64,000 nucleotides of DNA from Eledone cirrhosa (GCA_964016885.1 OZ024743.1:73346001-73410000); one strand, 5' to 3'. Numbered from the stretch's first letter, positions 40,801 to 53,509 are shown. Numbers and translations are program-made. The notes: a model not told the origin generated them from the letters alone.

Positions 40801-41163
40801 ACGTATTTTTGTGAAACACTTTTCCAGCTCCGTTTTGCATTCCATAGTGTTAATCTTTTTGTAGATGGCAAATTTTGGTGGTAACTTTAGGATTTGTTGT
40901 TCTTGTTCACTGATTAAAGTGTTCCCATAGATATTTACTGTGTGGTCATTGGTAAATTCTTCCGGTAGTTTTACATCACTCATACGGATGTTGTCGATGT
41001 TATCTGGGTATTTTTGAGAATATTCGATTTTCCTTTCTTGTAGTTTTTTCTTATTCATCCATTCTAATTTCTTCTTGAAATGCCTACAGCATTCGTTTTG
41101 AGCATATTTCGTTTCGCGTCGGATGACGCTCATGAAGTCATCTCTCTCGTTTGCTGTGATGAG
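37894..41163 (-). CDS. PLE polyprotein (RT + C-terminal GIY-YIG), 5'-truncated, uninterrupted
   Basis: PTDKSG, LYGLRKDHK, GSMDVVSLYPSI, QNEGAAIG, RYVDD, LPVLD; C..C..C linker; NVVYSIRC..C..YIGETARS..ER..QH; LNRKNEW. Confidence 0.93.
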   Translation of the reverse strand, partial: LITANERDDFMSVIRRETKYAQNECCRHFKKKLEWMNKKKLQERKIEYSQKYPDNIDNIRMSDVKLPEEFTNDHTVNIYGNTLISEQEQQILKLPPKFAIYKKINTMECKTELEKCFTKIRWNAKVNNNNNNNGSSNINNNSGYRNNSHNHNNGRKVRNSDNGNNTSDRQNNNNHNNNNNRNVNHRHSNSDHSSNNGNNTNNNNNNNPSGNNGNSTCSNINKNKKHNNSNNHNGRNSSNNNNNNGEVNNNTSSNHNNNNINANDRNNNNHHDNNNSNTHNYDDRNNDNPLEKLFFNPADKTYKMGNIYPTRLPFNKRVCIPQQIDDETEAQFTIARNKIRQVVDRYTMRQSRPEAQQLGIKPVEGLVSLKQRTRDGEVVCLPTDKSGRMSIDSMPNYIEAMQPHITNTSEVAQLTHDGREKILNAHMMMWTDILKPSRRTANNFQASNNGIPPLYGLRKDHKTVDDPTTGPPTRPVCGANIASNYRISYFLSMVIRPIIKMSPDVCESTEDLLSRISECNKNRSLSNCIIGSMDVVSLYPSINIDFAVKRCVEMIIESEVEFCDVDTDELGLLLRLTYDTDYLDSHDLRCFCPSRPIRGRPPTITSMAKKTPIGRWIGWTKAIRTPQNTDQVRKMVAHAIGASIKTTLKSHIFKFNEKIYTQNEGAAIGVSIAGDVANLFMVWWERRLKDLLNESSIDLIMYSRYVDDINIVIRTPPLESTSKFDLERSTMESIQQIANSIHQSITVTIDFPSKHPNNRLPVLDTELWINTIDERAQILHSHYAKPMASKYLILKNSAMSSSAKFNILIADLVRVMKNVSSMCDPTEMEGHIQHFINCMQFSGYNQRDRVRVYEGAIEKYKTLIELDMKGICPLYRSKSWNSLDRARHKIGKATSWYDNQRYQSVMFVDATPGGKLANQCRKALRKTHLKIKVVEKPGTTIKSLISKTYPFKKTHCTNRKCIICKVNPRINCKTRNVVYSIRCTEGTCRNTTTTYIGETARSIGERIDQHWGELKGRKNGSVLYEHARQHHDGNIDNIEIRIISKHRNDPADRQIREASEIEIRRPKLNRKNEWNNNNTQTNNTDLREV

Positions 41164-41164
41164 A

Positions 41165-44092
41165 AAGTGTTTCACAAAAATACGTTGGAATGCAAAGGTA
41201 AACAACAACAACAATAATAACGGTAGTAGTAATATAAACAATAACTCTGGGTATAGAAATAACAGCCATAACCATAACAATGGCAGGAAAGTGAGAAATA
41301 GTGATAATGGTAATAATACTAGCGATAGACAGAACAACAACAACCACAATAATAATAATAATAGAAACGTTAACCACAGACACAGCAACAGTGACCACAG
41401 TAGTAATAACGGTAACAATACGAACAACAACAACAACAATAACCACAGTGGTAATAATGGAAATAGTACATGTAGCAACATCAACAAAAACAAGAAACAT
41501 AATAATAGTAACAACCACAATGGTAGAAATAGCAGTAACAACAACAACAATAACGGTGAAGTAAACAACAATACATCTAGCAATCATAACAATAATAATA
41601 TTAATGCTAATGATAGAAACAACAACAACCACCATGATAATAATAATAGCAACACACACAACTATGACGATAGAAATAATGACAACCCCTTAGAGAAACT
41701 ATTTTTCAACCCAGCTGACAAAACATATAAGATGGGTAATATCTATCCTACGAGGTTACCCTTTAATAAAAGAGTTTGCATACCACAACAAATAGATGAC
41801 GAGACGGAGGCACAGTTCACCATAGCTAGAAATAAGATTAGACAAGTAGTAGACAGGTACACTATGAGACAGAGCAGACCAGAGGCCCAACAACTTGGGA
41901 TAAAACCTGTAGAAGGCTTGGTTAGCCTCAAGCAGCGCACAAGGGATGGTGAGGTAGTGTGTCTACCCACAGATAAGTCTGGTAGGATGTCAATAGATAG
42001 CATGCCGAACTACATCGAGGCAATGCAACCCCACATCACCAACACGAGCGAAGTTGCACAACTAACACACGATGGGAGAGAAAAAATCCTCAACGCTCAC
42101 ATGATGATGTGGACTGACATCCTAAAGCCAAGCAGACGCACTGCCAACAACTTCCAGGCGTCTAACAATGGCATACCACCCTTGTATGGGCTCCGCAAAG
42201 ACCACAAGACAGTCGACGACCCGACAACAGGACCACCAACAAGACCTGTATGCGGAGCTAATATAGCTAGCAACTACAGGATCTCCTACTTCCTCTCAAT
42301 GGTTATACGCCCCATAATCAAGATGTCCCCAGATGTATGTGAAAGTACAGAGGACCTCCTCAGCAGAATCAGTGAGTGCAACAAAAACAGGAGCCTATCC
42401 AACTGCATAATAGGCAGCATGGATGTGGTGTCACTGTACCCATCCATTAACATTGATTTTGCTGTGAAAAGATGTGTGGAGATGATCATTGAGAGTGAGG
42501 TGGAGTTCTGCGACGTCGACACAGACGAACTGGGCCTCCTACTTAGACTTACCTACGACACTGACTACCTAGACAGCCATGACCTTAGATGTTTCTGCCC
42601 TAGTAGACCTATAAGAGGTAGACCCCCCACCATAACCTCAATGGCTAAAAAGACTCCCATAGGAAGGTGGATTGGGTGGACCAAAGCTATACGGACCCCC
42701 CAAAACACTGATCAGGTAAGAAAAATGGTCGCACATGCAATAGGGGCTAGTATCAAAACTACCCTAAAGGGCCACATATTTAAGTTCAATGAGAAAATCT
42801 ACACCCAAAATGAGGGAGCAGCCATCGGCGTCAGCATAGCTGGCGATGTTGCCAACCTTTTCATGGTATGGTGGGAAAGGAGACTTAAAGATCTCCTTAA
42901 TGAAAGCTCCATAGACCTCATCATGTACTCTCGTTATGTAGACGATATCAATATAGTTATAAGAACACCCCCACTAGAGAGCACTAACAAGTTTGATTTA
43001 GAACGTAGCACGATGGAAAGCATCCAGCAGATAGCTAATTCCATACACCAGAGTATAACTGTAACTATAGACTTCCCTTCCAAACACCCTAACAATAGAC
43101 TACCTGTATTAGACACAGAACTCTGGATTAACACTATAGTCGAGAGAGCCCAAATTCTCCACTCACACTATGCTAAACCCATGGCCTCCAAATACCTGAT
43201 ACTCAAAAACTCAGCAATGTCCAGTAGTGCTAAGTTTAATATTCTGATCGCAGATTTGGTACGAGTGATGAAGAATGTGTCCAGCATGTGCGACCCAACA
43301 GAAATGGAAGGACACATCCAACACTTCATCAACCGCATGCAGTTCTCTGGCTACAACCAAAGAGACAGAGTCAGAGTATACGAAGGAGCCATGGAAAAGT
43401 ATAAGACCCTCATAGAACTGGACATGAAAGGAATTTGCCCACTATACAGGAGCAAATCATGGAATAGCTTAGATAGGGCTAGACATAAGATAGGGAAGGC
43501 CACATCATGGTACGACAACCAGAGATATCAGAGTGTCATGTTTGTGGACGCCACCCCTGGAGGGAAATTAGCTAACCAGTGTAGAAAGGCCCTGAGAAAG
43601 ACCCACTTAAAAATAAAGGTGGTAGAAAAGCCAGGAACCACCATAAAATCCCTGATCAGCAAAACCTACCCTTTTAAGAAAACCCACTGTACCAATAGGA
43701 AATGTATCATATGTAAGGTGAACCCCCGGATAAACTGTAAAACTAGTAACGTAGTCTATAGCATAAGATGTACAGAGGGTACTTGCAGAAACACGACAAC
43801 AACATACATAGGTGAGACAGCTCGTAGCATAGGTGAAAGGATAGACCAACACTGGGGGGAACTAAAAGGACGAAAAAACGGGTCAGTACTATACGAACAT
43901 GCTAGACAACATCATGACGGTAACATAGACAACATAGAAATTAGAATAATATCTAAACATAGGAATGACCCAGCAGATAGGCAAATCAGAGAGGCCAGTG
44001 AAATAGAAATTAGAAGACCAAAGCTAAACAGAAAGAATGAGTGGAACAACAACAACACCCAAACAAACAACACTGACCTAAGAGAAGTATAA
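41165..44092 (+). CDS. PLE polyprotein, second (inverted) copy, 5'-truncated, uninterrupted
   Basis: Same motifs; 7 amino-acid differences from the left copy by manual comparison. Confidence 0.93.
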   Translation, partial: KCFTKIRWNAKVNNNNNNNGSSNINNNSGYRNNSHNHNNGRKVRNSDNGNNTSDRQNNNNHNNNNNRNVNHRHSNSDHSSNNGNNTNNNNNNNHSGNNGNSTCSNINKNKKHNNSNNHNGRNSSNNNNNNGEVNNNTSSNHNNNNINANDRNNNNHHDNNNSNTHNYDDRNNDNPLEKLFFNPADKTYKMGNIYPTRLPFNKRVCIPQQIDDETEAQFTIARNKIRQVVDRYTMRQSRPEAQQLGIKPVEGLVSLKQRTRDGEVVCLPTDKSGRMSIDSMPNYIEAMQPHITNTSEVAQLTHDGREKILNAHMMMWTDILKPSRRTANNFQASNNGIPPLYGLRKDHKTVDDPTTGPPTRPVCGANIASNYRISYFLSMVIRPIIKMSPDVCESTEDLLSRISECNKNRSLSNCIIGSMDVVSLYPSINIDFAVKRCVEMIIESEVEFCDVDTDELGLLLRLTYDTDYLDSHDLRCFCPSRPIRGRPPTITSMAKKTPIGRWIGWTKAIRTPQNTDQVRKMVAHAIGASIKTTLKGHIFKFNEKIYTQNEGAAIGVSIAGDVANLFMVWWERRLKDLLNESSIDLIMYSRYVDDINIVIRTPPLESTNKFDLERSTMESIQQIANSIHQSITVTIDFPSKHPNNRLPVLDTELWINTIVERAQILHSHYAKPMASKYLILKNSAMSSSAKFNILIADLVRVMKNVSSMCDPTEMEGHIQHFINRMQFSGYNQRDRVRVYEGAMEKYKTLIELDMKGICPLYRSKSWNSLDRARHKIGKATSWYDNQRYQSVMFVDATPGGKLANQCRKALRKTHLKIKVVEKPGTTIKSLISKTYPFKKTHCTNRKCIICKVNPRINCKTSNVVYSIRCTEGTCRNTTTTYIGETARSIGERIDQHWGELKGRKNGSVLYEHARQHHDGNIDNIEIRIISKHRNDPADRQIREASEIEIRRPKLNRKNEWNNNNTQTNNTDLREV

Positions 44093-44362
44093 ATAAATAA
44101 GTAAATTAAATTAAATAAAATAAGATAAATAAATACATACACAAGCACATAAACACACACTAGTCACCCAGCAGACACAACACTATACACACTAGTCACA
44201 CATCACACATAACACTATACACACACGCAAACGCATGCGCAAAGAAGACAAAATAAAATAAGATAAACAAACAAGCAAATAAATAAATAAATATATAGAC
44301 AGACTGAACAAAAAAAATGGCGTAGACATACAACACAACAGGAGGAACAATGAATATAACAC

Positions 44363-44400
44363 CACTGACGATGTTGCAGATGTGCAACGAAAGATTTATG
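44363..44400 (+). ncRNA. HHR-like motif in the PLE 3' region (mirror copy 37586-37623 on -)
   Basis: ca-CTGACGA-t-gttgca gatg tgcaac-GAAA-gatt-TA-tg; stem I weak, but layout matches the motif at 3933-3977. Confidence 0.45.
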
Positions 44401-44605
44401 TAAACTATATATATATGTGTTTGTCTATATTGTATCTGTATTATTTTTGACCGCCGGTCAGTCAATGGCAACATTGAGGACCGAGTAAGTTAGATCGCAG
44501 ATATATATATATAAAAGACAGCGAGAAGCGAAAACCAACCAAACAGTGAGTGTGTTCTGTTATTAATTCTGGCAATATTACGCAAATATGACCCTCCCCA
44601 AATAT

Positions 44606-44725
<120 letters not shown>

Positions 44726-45487
44726 AACTATATTCAATTCTACACGATTGTTCCGTTTCAAAGGCCAACAGCGAAATCAACAACAACAACAACAAAGTTG
44801 TGAAATTTTTCTGTATTGTGAAAGTTGTAACATCTTCATTTCAGCCTTCATAGTCATATATATTTTTTAGACGTGTTTAAGGATGGGTGCCTTTATATTT
44901 ACTTATATACTTGTGTGAAGGCATTCCTGAGCTTTCTTATGATTAGATGTGGGTGTAGAAGAATGTATGTATGTGTATGCGTGTTTGGCTAGCTTATATA
45001 TGTGTGTTTGTGTATGAATTTATTTGATTTTTTTTTTTCTTCCATTATATCATCTCTTATTTTCTCGAAAAACACCCTGAAACAAGCTTTATGTTATTGA
45101 CAGATTTTTTTTTATTAAACTTTGTAAAGTTTTGGATTCTATACAATATATTGCAGTGATTGGGCGATCATTTCCTTTGTTTCTCTTAGTTACTTTATAT
45201 TGTTTCTACTGTTGGTAATTTCATCCTCGTTTGTTTATTTTTTTATGCTTTTAAAAGAAAGGTTTACAGAAGAAAAGTGGTAGAGAAACATTTGTAAATA
45301 AGTTTCTTAATATATCAGTATAGAAGGTATATATTATTTTACGCATAGAAATTACTTCTAAGGACTAGAACTGTTTCATTGGTTCGAAATTAACAGGGAT
45401 ATGAATCCGGGCGTTCATGATGATTTCAAAAGAATTAAACACTTCTAGTCCTTTCCATATGATATATATATATGCTTAAACTTTTAA

Positions 45488-45561
<74 letters not shown>

Positions 45562-45566
<5 letters not shown>

Positions 45567-47720
45567 GTAGGTACACAACAGTTAGTTCACCATACCGAGA
45601 ACAATTGTTTCACCTTCGCAGATCTTCAGCTCGGGATGTGTATGGTTATAGGAACAGGAAGGACAACCGTACGAACGCGCATGCGCAGAAACTCGGTCAC
45701 TTCACACAGGCAATACTAGACTGCGAAAGCTAACCCTATGGCCTACCACGACATTAATACAGAAGCCAAGGAACTCGCCACCGACCTTAAGGTAGATAAG
45801 AAGCTACAATCTCTAGCTAAGCGGGAGGCGTTCCTCTCCCTGAAAGATCACAAAGTAGACTTTACTTCTAACCCCACATGTAGACTAATAAACCCGGCAC
45901 GCACAGATATGGGACTAGTCGGTAAGGCCATACTTAGAAACATAGTTAAGACCATTAGGACCAAGTCCAACCTGCCCCAGTGGGAGAACAGCGACTCCGT
46001 CATTAAGTGGTTTAACTCCTTAAAATCCAAAAAAGCGAAGTTCACAGTTTGACATTGTCGATTTTTACCCGTCGATCTCAGAGACCCTGTTAAACAAAGC
46101 GTTGGACTTCACTACCACTTATACCACCGTCGATGGTTTAGACAGGGAAATGATCGCTCACTGCCGGAAAACCCTCCTCTTCAACGACGGAGTAGCCTGG
46201 GCAAAGAAGTCTACATATTCAGACCTGTTCGACGTCTCCATGGGATCGTTTGACAGTGCTGACGTATGCGAATTGGTTGGCCTTTTTATCTTAGAAATAT
46301 TACGTGTTAGATTCCCGGACTTCCAAACGGGAATATACCGTGACGATGGACTGACTTTATCGAGCCATAAAAGTGGTCACGACCTCGACCGGTTTAAAAA
46401 AGACTTAGCTTCTACTTTCAATGAGTTAGACCTTAGGATAACAGTAGCCACCAACCTCTCTAGCGTAGATTTCTTAGACATTAATTTAGACCATCGCACA
46501 CACACCCACAGACCCTTCCATAAGCTAAACGAGAAACTTAATTACATTCACAAGGACTCATGCCACCCTCCCACTGCTTTTAGAAACTTCGTTAAGAATA
46601 TCAGTACTAGAATCTCAAACCTCTCCTCTAATAAGGCTATCTTTGACAGGGCGGCACCCTACTATAACACGGCGTTGGCTAACAGCGGCTTCTCACAACC
46701 TATCAGCTACTCTCCCACTAGCAACAACACCATTAAGAAAAGTAAGTGCATCAATAGACAAACTATCTGGTTCTCTCCTCCCTTCTCACTCAACGTTAAA
46801 ACCAATGTAGGAAAAAAATTTCTAGCCCTCTTAGATAGACACTTCCCCATAGGTCATAAATACCGCTCCATCTTTAACCGACACAAAGTTAAACTACGAT
46901 ACTCCTGCATGAAGGCCCACATCACCAGCAGCCCTAGGAGCATCACCCCACTAGGGTGCTCTTGCCGTAAGCCTGAAGCTCGCCCCCTTCAACAGCAATG
47001 CAACACACCAGCTGTAATCTATGAAGCTGTGGTCACTTCCAACCGACCAAAGGAACCACAGTAGGTCAAATCCTATGTGGGCATGGTGGAGGGCCGATTC
47101 AAGGAGCGTTTCCTGAACCACCAGTCTACCTTCAGATACTCGGACAGACGTTCATCCACGAAACTCGCGAGTCACGTATGGTCCCTCAAGGACTCAAGTA
47201 TAGGCTACTCCATTCAATGGAAAGCCATCACTAAGTCCAAGCCATACGCAAGGGGAAATCCGACGTGTGGCTTATGTATTGACGAACGAATAACTATCCT
47301 AAAGAGATTACGCAATAGTGATTGCCTAAACACGAGAAGTGAATTTTTCACACGTTGTCCACACGTCACCAAATATCTATTGCATAACTACAAGGCTCCG
47401 GACTGATTCTTTGTAATTTTAATTGTTTTATTTTATTTTCAACCTAAAAACTTTCCGGAGTTTCGCATTTATCTCCCTTACACCTCCCGCACGCAGTCTA
47501 GTATTGCCTGTGTGAAGTGACTGAGTTTCTGCGCATGCTCGTTCGTACGGTTGTCCTTCCTGTTCCTATAACCATACACATCCCGAGCTGAAGATCCGCA
47601 ATGGTGAAACAATTGTTCTCGGTATGGTGAACTAACTGTTGTGTAACCACTTCTACCTAACTCGTCCCTTGGACTGAGTGCTCTACCACTACGGATATTA
47701 CCGTCCAGTGTTCCACCACT
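45562..47720 (+). mobile_element. 5'-truncated PLE (second family) with an inverted upstream pLTR (45562-45725); frameshifted RT + GIY-YIG
   Basis: LKDHK..CRLINP, DIVDFYPSI, FDVSMGSFD, YRDDGL, DFLD, WFSPPFS, VIY..YVG, CGLC, CPH; 45562-45725 is the reverse complement of 47492-47655; TA flanks. Confidence 0.92.
47583..47622 (+). ncRNA. Type I HHR in pLTR (mirror copy 45595-45634 on -)
   Basis: ccgag-CTGAAGA-tccgcaatggt-GAAA-caattg-TT-ctcgg. Confidence 0.8.
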
Positions 47721-48059
47721 ATATATATATATATATATATATGGAAGGTAGAAATGTGATAGTATGACATCAAAACATTTATTTATAAAGTGGGGATTTC
47801 CGCATTTAATCGTGGTACCGGTTTCAGTTCAATGACAGAAGTGTAAAGTGCAGTTAAATTGCATATTTATACGAATAATAATAAAATGGAGGGAAAAATT
47901 ATTAGTTTTTACATACATATTTAGAGAGGAAAGTTCATAGAGTAAAATGCGAAGTTGAACATGTTAGCTTCCTTTATTAATTGAGCCCTTATACATATTT
48001 CAATGACGATAGATATCGGGATTTCATCAGACAGCAAAAATTGATTAAAAGTTAACAAT

Positions 48060-48520
48060 TCCGAGGCAATTTATGGTGCAAGAGAGTGGACTAAAAAAAT
48101 GTGTATTTTTCTTGACCATTATCGTTTGTTTTGTAGAAAACTTTCTATAACTCACCATCCTTTTCTGGCACATACATTATATGTCCAATCATTTAACTGT
48201 GAAAATGGCAATAAAGAACCCTCAAAACTGGCGCGATGTACCTATTCACGTGACAGTCATCAACCAACCAATTTATTTTAATAATAACCCCCACCATTTC
48301 GAGCCACTCTTTTCACATAAAACAGAAAGAACTTTCAAAGACAAACCAGGTGCGAGACAAACCACAAACCCTCCATCTCAATTCTACTTTTTAAAAGCAT
48401 AAGAACTGTAAAACTGGTAAAGTAAATAAATGAATATTATCAAAAAGACTCCAGTTGCATTTTCGATTTCTTTTCATTATACTTTCACCGGTGTAGGACA
48501 TATCGTTTTTTATTTTAAAA
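48060..48520 (+). mobile_element. Older copy of the 31770/57017 repeat family
   Basis: aaaccacaaaccctccatctcaa..gactccagttgcattttcgatttc is reverse-complement similar to those copies. Confidence 0.6.
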
Positions 48521-48598
48521 TATATATACAGAGAGAGAGAGAGAGGGAAATGCACATATATATGTAAATATATACATAGAAATATATATATATATATA

Positions 48599-49018
48599 CG
48601 TTATTCCGGGTTGAATCGGAGGTAACCACAGCAGAGTATAAAAGTTTTAATATAGATGAGATTCTACAGGACTAGAACTGTTTCATTCTTTAGAAATCAT
48701 CAGGAATCTGGGTATCAAAAAATAAATATGGTATTTATAGGTCTCTTCAGGTGGTAGGAGAGGGTGGGCAGTGGGATGGGTAGAGGTCATTGGTTGATAG
48801 AAAAGGGAATTCATTAAAAGTTAATTCTTTAAAGAATTAGCTTTTAATGAATTCCCTTTTCTATCAACCAATGACCTCTACCCATCCCACTGCCCACCCT
48901 CTCCTACCACCTGAAGAGACCTATAAATACCATATTTATTTTTTGATACCCAGATTCCTGATGATTTCTAAAGAATGAAACAGTTCTAGTCCTGTAGAAT
49001 CTCATCTATATTAAAACT
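48599..49018. mobile_element. Mini palindromic PLE-like terminus in (TA)n
   Basis: 48643-48830 mirrors 48831-49018 almost perfectly; ~44-nt extra tail on the left; CTGATGA-tttctaaagaat-GAAA-cagt-TC at 48958-48986; decayed relative at 45355-45455. Confidence 0.75.
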
Positions 49019-49019
49019 A

Positions 49020-49106
<87 letters not shown>

Positions 49107-49444
49107 ATATACATATTTACTTATACACAATCACACGCATACAGACACACACATAAGGGGGAGTTATATAGAAAGCACGTTATACCACGACTGCATCCTT
49201 ATGACGTCCGTTGTCCACGTAATGGTAATTCGTGAAGGTTTAGGTATTGTGGTGTTCGGAGTGTTAATGATTTGATTGGTTTTGTTTGTTTTTTCTAATG
49301 TAGAACGTGTCTGTTGGATGGGTTTGCTTGTGTGTTTATGGATTAAGTTATCTTGAATTTCTCGACAGTGTGTGTCTGGTGTAGATTTTAGATAATCTTT
49401 GTGTTTATTTCAAGGCAATTATCATTCATTATTTCATATATATA

Positions 49445-49834
49445 TGGGGGGTGGATTGGCAGTATCGGTAGAGGGTGGAACGCCGGGCTTTCCAGCATAG
49501 TTACGTCCCTTTACGATCTGAGTTCAAATCCCGCCGAGGTTGACTTTGCCTTTCATCCTTACGGGGTCGATATAATAAAGTACCAGTAATGCACTGGATA
49601 ATTGCTGGCCTTGTGCCTAGAGTAGAAACAATTATTTCATATATATATGGGGGGTGGATTGGCAGTATCGGTAGAGGGTGGAACGCCGTGCTTTGCAGCA
49701 CAGTTACGTCCCTTTCCGGACTGAGTTCAATCCCGCCGAGGTTAAATTTGCCTTTCATCCTTACGGGGTCGATAAATAAAGTACCAGTAATTAACTAGGA
49801 TAATTGCTGGTCTTGTGCTAAAAGTAGAAACAAT

Positions 49835-49836
<2 letters not shown>
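49445..49836 (+). mobile_element. Tandem SINE dimer
   Basis: Two consecutive SINE copies, each bounded by attatttcatatatat. Confidence 0.8.
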
Positions 49837-49880
<44 letters not shown>

Positions 49881-49960
49881 ATAAGTTGAAAATGCAATTG
49901 GAGCCTTTAAGAAGGCTTATTTACAATAACATATGTAACTGTACCAGTTACATAAGTTTC

Positions 49961-49992
<32 letters not shown>

Positions 49993-49994
<2 letters not shown>

Positions 49995-50194
49995 AGGGAG
50001 TGTGGTAAAGAACCAGGTAGACCAGAGTACTCGATACTTTGGGTAGTAGAGTGGGTAATAGGAAAAGGTTCAAGACCCCGACTGCAGAGCTCAACCCGTT
50101 TCGACAGCTATTTCTGGACTACTGGACTACTTCAGGAGTCCAGAAATAGCCGTCGAAACGGCTTGAGCTCTGCTGCCGTGGTCCTGAACCTTTT

Positions 50195-50198
<4 letters not shown>
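49993..50198. mobile_element. Mini inverted PLE-like terminus (relatives at 31612-31732, 36295-36432 and 61030-61670)
   Basis: 50059-50121 mirrors 50137-50198; ~66-nt extra tail; gtc-GAAA-cggc-TT-gagctc half-HHR. Confidence 0.65.
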
Positions 50199-50245
<47 letters not shown>

Positions 50246-50250
<5 letters not shown>

Positions 50251-50374
50251 TTGAAAAAAATGAAAACGAAATTTCATTTCTCACTCTTAGTATGGCACTT
50301 ACTTAAATGTAAGTATGTATGTATACGTACATACATATATGTATACAGACGTACAGTAGCATGCATATATATAC

Positions 50375-50425
<51 letters not shown>

Positions 50426-50888
50426 CATATACATATATACATACAGGTACACATACATATATGCACGCATCAGTTTAGCGGACGTTTATTACAACGCCGC
50501 TTTGTTCGTTTGTTTGTCAACAAACCGAACAGCCTGAATTTATGCCATACGGTGTTAAGGCAACCGCGTCACCTTTTTGTTCAACACTGACACAGGAACG
50601 ATGTACTAGTTTCAAGCTTGTTAGCTATCATCAGCACCGTTTACCCATCTGCCAGATAGTTGAACGTTCGAAAGTATATACTTTCCTTATGAAAATTAAC
50701 GGCTGAGCAGCCTAATTTGCATATTGAGTGAGTTAAATCGGTCAGGCATACCGAAAACGATAAGTTGAAAAAAATGAAAACGAAATTTCATTTCTCACTC
50801 TTAGTATGGCACTTACTTAAATGTAAGTATGTATGTATACGTACATACATATATGTATACAGACGTACAGTAGCATGCATATATATAC

Positions 50889-50939
<51 letters not shown>

Positions 50940-51402
50940 CATATACATATATACATACAGGTACACATACATATATGCACGCATCAGTTTAGCGGACGTT
51001 TATTACAACGCCGCTTTGTTCGTTTGTTTGTCAACAAACCGAACAGCCTGAATTTATGCCATACGGTGTTAAGGCAACCGCGTCACCTTTTTGTTCAACA
51101 CTGACACAGGAACGATGTACTAGTTTCAAGCTTGTTAGCTATCATCAGCACCGTTTACCCATCTGCCAGATAGTTGAACGTTCGAAAGTATATACTTTCC
51201 TTATGAAAATTAACGGCTGAGCAGCCTAATTTGCATATTGAGTGAGTTAAATCGGTCAGGCATACCGAAAACGATAAGTTGAAAAAAATGAAAACGAAAT
51301 TTCATTTCTCACTCTTAGTATGGCACTTACTTAAATGTAAGTATGTATGTATACGTACATACATATATGTATACAGACGTACAGTAGCATGCATATATAT
51401 AC

Positions 51403-51453
<51 letters not shown>

Positions 51454-51916
51454 CATATACATATATACATACAGGTACACATACATATATGCACGCATCA
51501 GTTTAGCGGACGTTTATTACAACGCCGCTTTGTTCGTTTGTTTGTCAACAAACCGAACAGCCTGAATTTATGCCATACGGTGTTAAGGCAACCGCGTCAC
51601 CTTTTTGTTCAACACTGACACAGGAACGATGTACTAGTTTCAAGCTTGTTAGCTATCATCAGCACCGTTTACCCATCTGCCAGATAGTTGAACGTTCGAA
51701 AGTATATACTTTCCTTATGAAAATTAACGGCTGAGCAGCCTAATTTGCATATTGAGTGAGTTAAATCGGTCAGGCATACCGAAAACGATAAGTTGAAAAA
51801 AATGAAAACGAAATTTCATTTCTCACTCTTAGTATGGCACTTACTTAAATGTAAGTATGTATGTATACGTACATACATATATGTATACAGACGTACAGTA
51901 GCATGCATATATATAC

Positions 51917-51967
<51 letters not shown>

Positions 51968-52430
51968 CATATACATATATACATACAGGTACACATACAT
52001 ATATGCACGCATCAGTTTAGCGGACGTTTATTACAACGCCGCTTTGTTCGTTTGTTTGTCAACAAACCGAACAGCCTGAATTTATGCCATACGGTGTTAA
52101 GGCAACCGCGTCACCTTTTTGTTCAACACTGACACAGGAACGATGTACTAGTTTCAAGCTTGTTAGCTATCATCAGCACCGTTTACCCATCTGCCAGATA
52201 GTTGAACGTTCGAAAGTATATACTTTCCTTATGAAAATTAACGGCTGAGCAGCCTAATTTGCATATTGAGTGAGTTAAATCGGTCAGGCATACCGAAAAC
52301 GATAAGTTGAAAAAAATGAAAACGAAATTTCATTTCTCACTCTTAGTATGGCACTTACTTAAATGTAAGTATGTATGTATACGTACATACATATATGTAT
52401 ACAGACGTACAGTAGCATGCATATATATAC

Positions 52431-52481
<51 letters not shown>

Positions 52482-52944
52482 CATATACATATATACATAC
52501 AGGTACACATACATATATGCACGCATCAGTTTAGCGGACGTTTATTACAACGCCGCTTTGTTCGTTTGTTTGTCAACAAACCGAACAGCCTGAATTTATG
52601 CCATACGGTGTTAAGGCAACCGCGTCACCTTTTTGTTCAACACTGACACAGGAACGATGTACTAGTTTCAAGCTTGTTAGCTATCATCAGCACCGTTTAC
52701 CCATCTGCCAGATAGTTGAACGTTCGAAAGTATATACTTTCCTTATGAAAATTAACGGCTGAGCAGCCTAATTTGCATATTGAGTGAGTTAAATCGGTCA
52801 GGCATACCGAAAACGATAAGTTGAAAAAAATGAAAACGAAATTTCATTTCTCACTCTTAGTATGGCACTTACTTAAATGTAAGTATGTATGTATACGTAC
52901 ATACATATATGTATACAGACGTACAGTAGCATGCATATATATAC

Positions 52945-52995
<51 letters not shown>

Positions 52996-53458
52996 CATAT
53001 ACATATATACATACAGGTACACATACATATATGCACGCATCAGTTTAGCGGACGTTTATTACAACGCCGCTTTGTTCGTTTGTTTGTCAACAAACCGAAC
53101 AGCCTGAATTTATGCCATACGGTGTTAAGGCAACCGCGTCACCTTTTTGTTCAACACTGACACAGGAACGATGTACTAGTTTCAAGCTTGTTAGCTATCA
53201 TCAGCACCGTTTACCCATCTGCCAGATAGTTGAACGTTCGAAAGTATATACTTTCCTTATGAAAATTAACGGCTGAGCAGCCTAATTTGCATATTGAGTG
53301 AGTTAAATCGGTCAGGCATACCGAAAACGATAAGTTGAAAAAAATGAAAACGAAATTTCATTTCTCACTCTTAGTATGGCACTTACTTAAATGTAAGTAT
53401 GTATGTATACGTACATACATATATGTATACAGACGTACAGTAGCATGCATATATATAC

Positions 53459-53509
<51 letters not shown>

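Noticed and set aside
41164-41583. Leu-rich N-terminus of the 1229-aa ORF as a signal or membrane domain
   Set aside because: It is the antisense read of the right arm's Asn-rich tract across the inversion junction
45738-47406. Selenocysteine readthrough as in some Naiad PLEs
   Set aside because: Breaks are frameshifts or a TAG stop, not in-frame TGA at Cys positions, and the endonuclease is C-terminal
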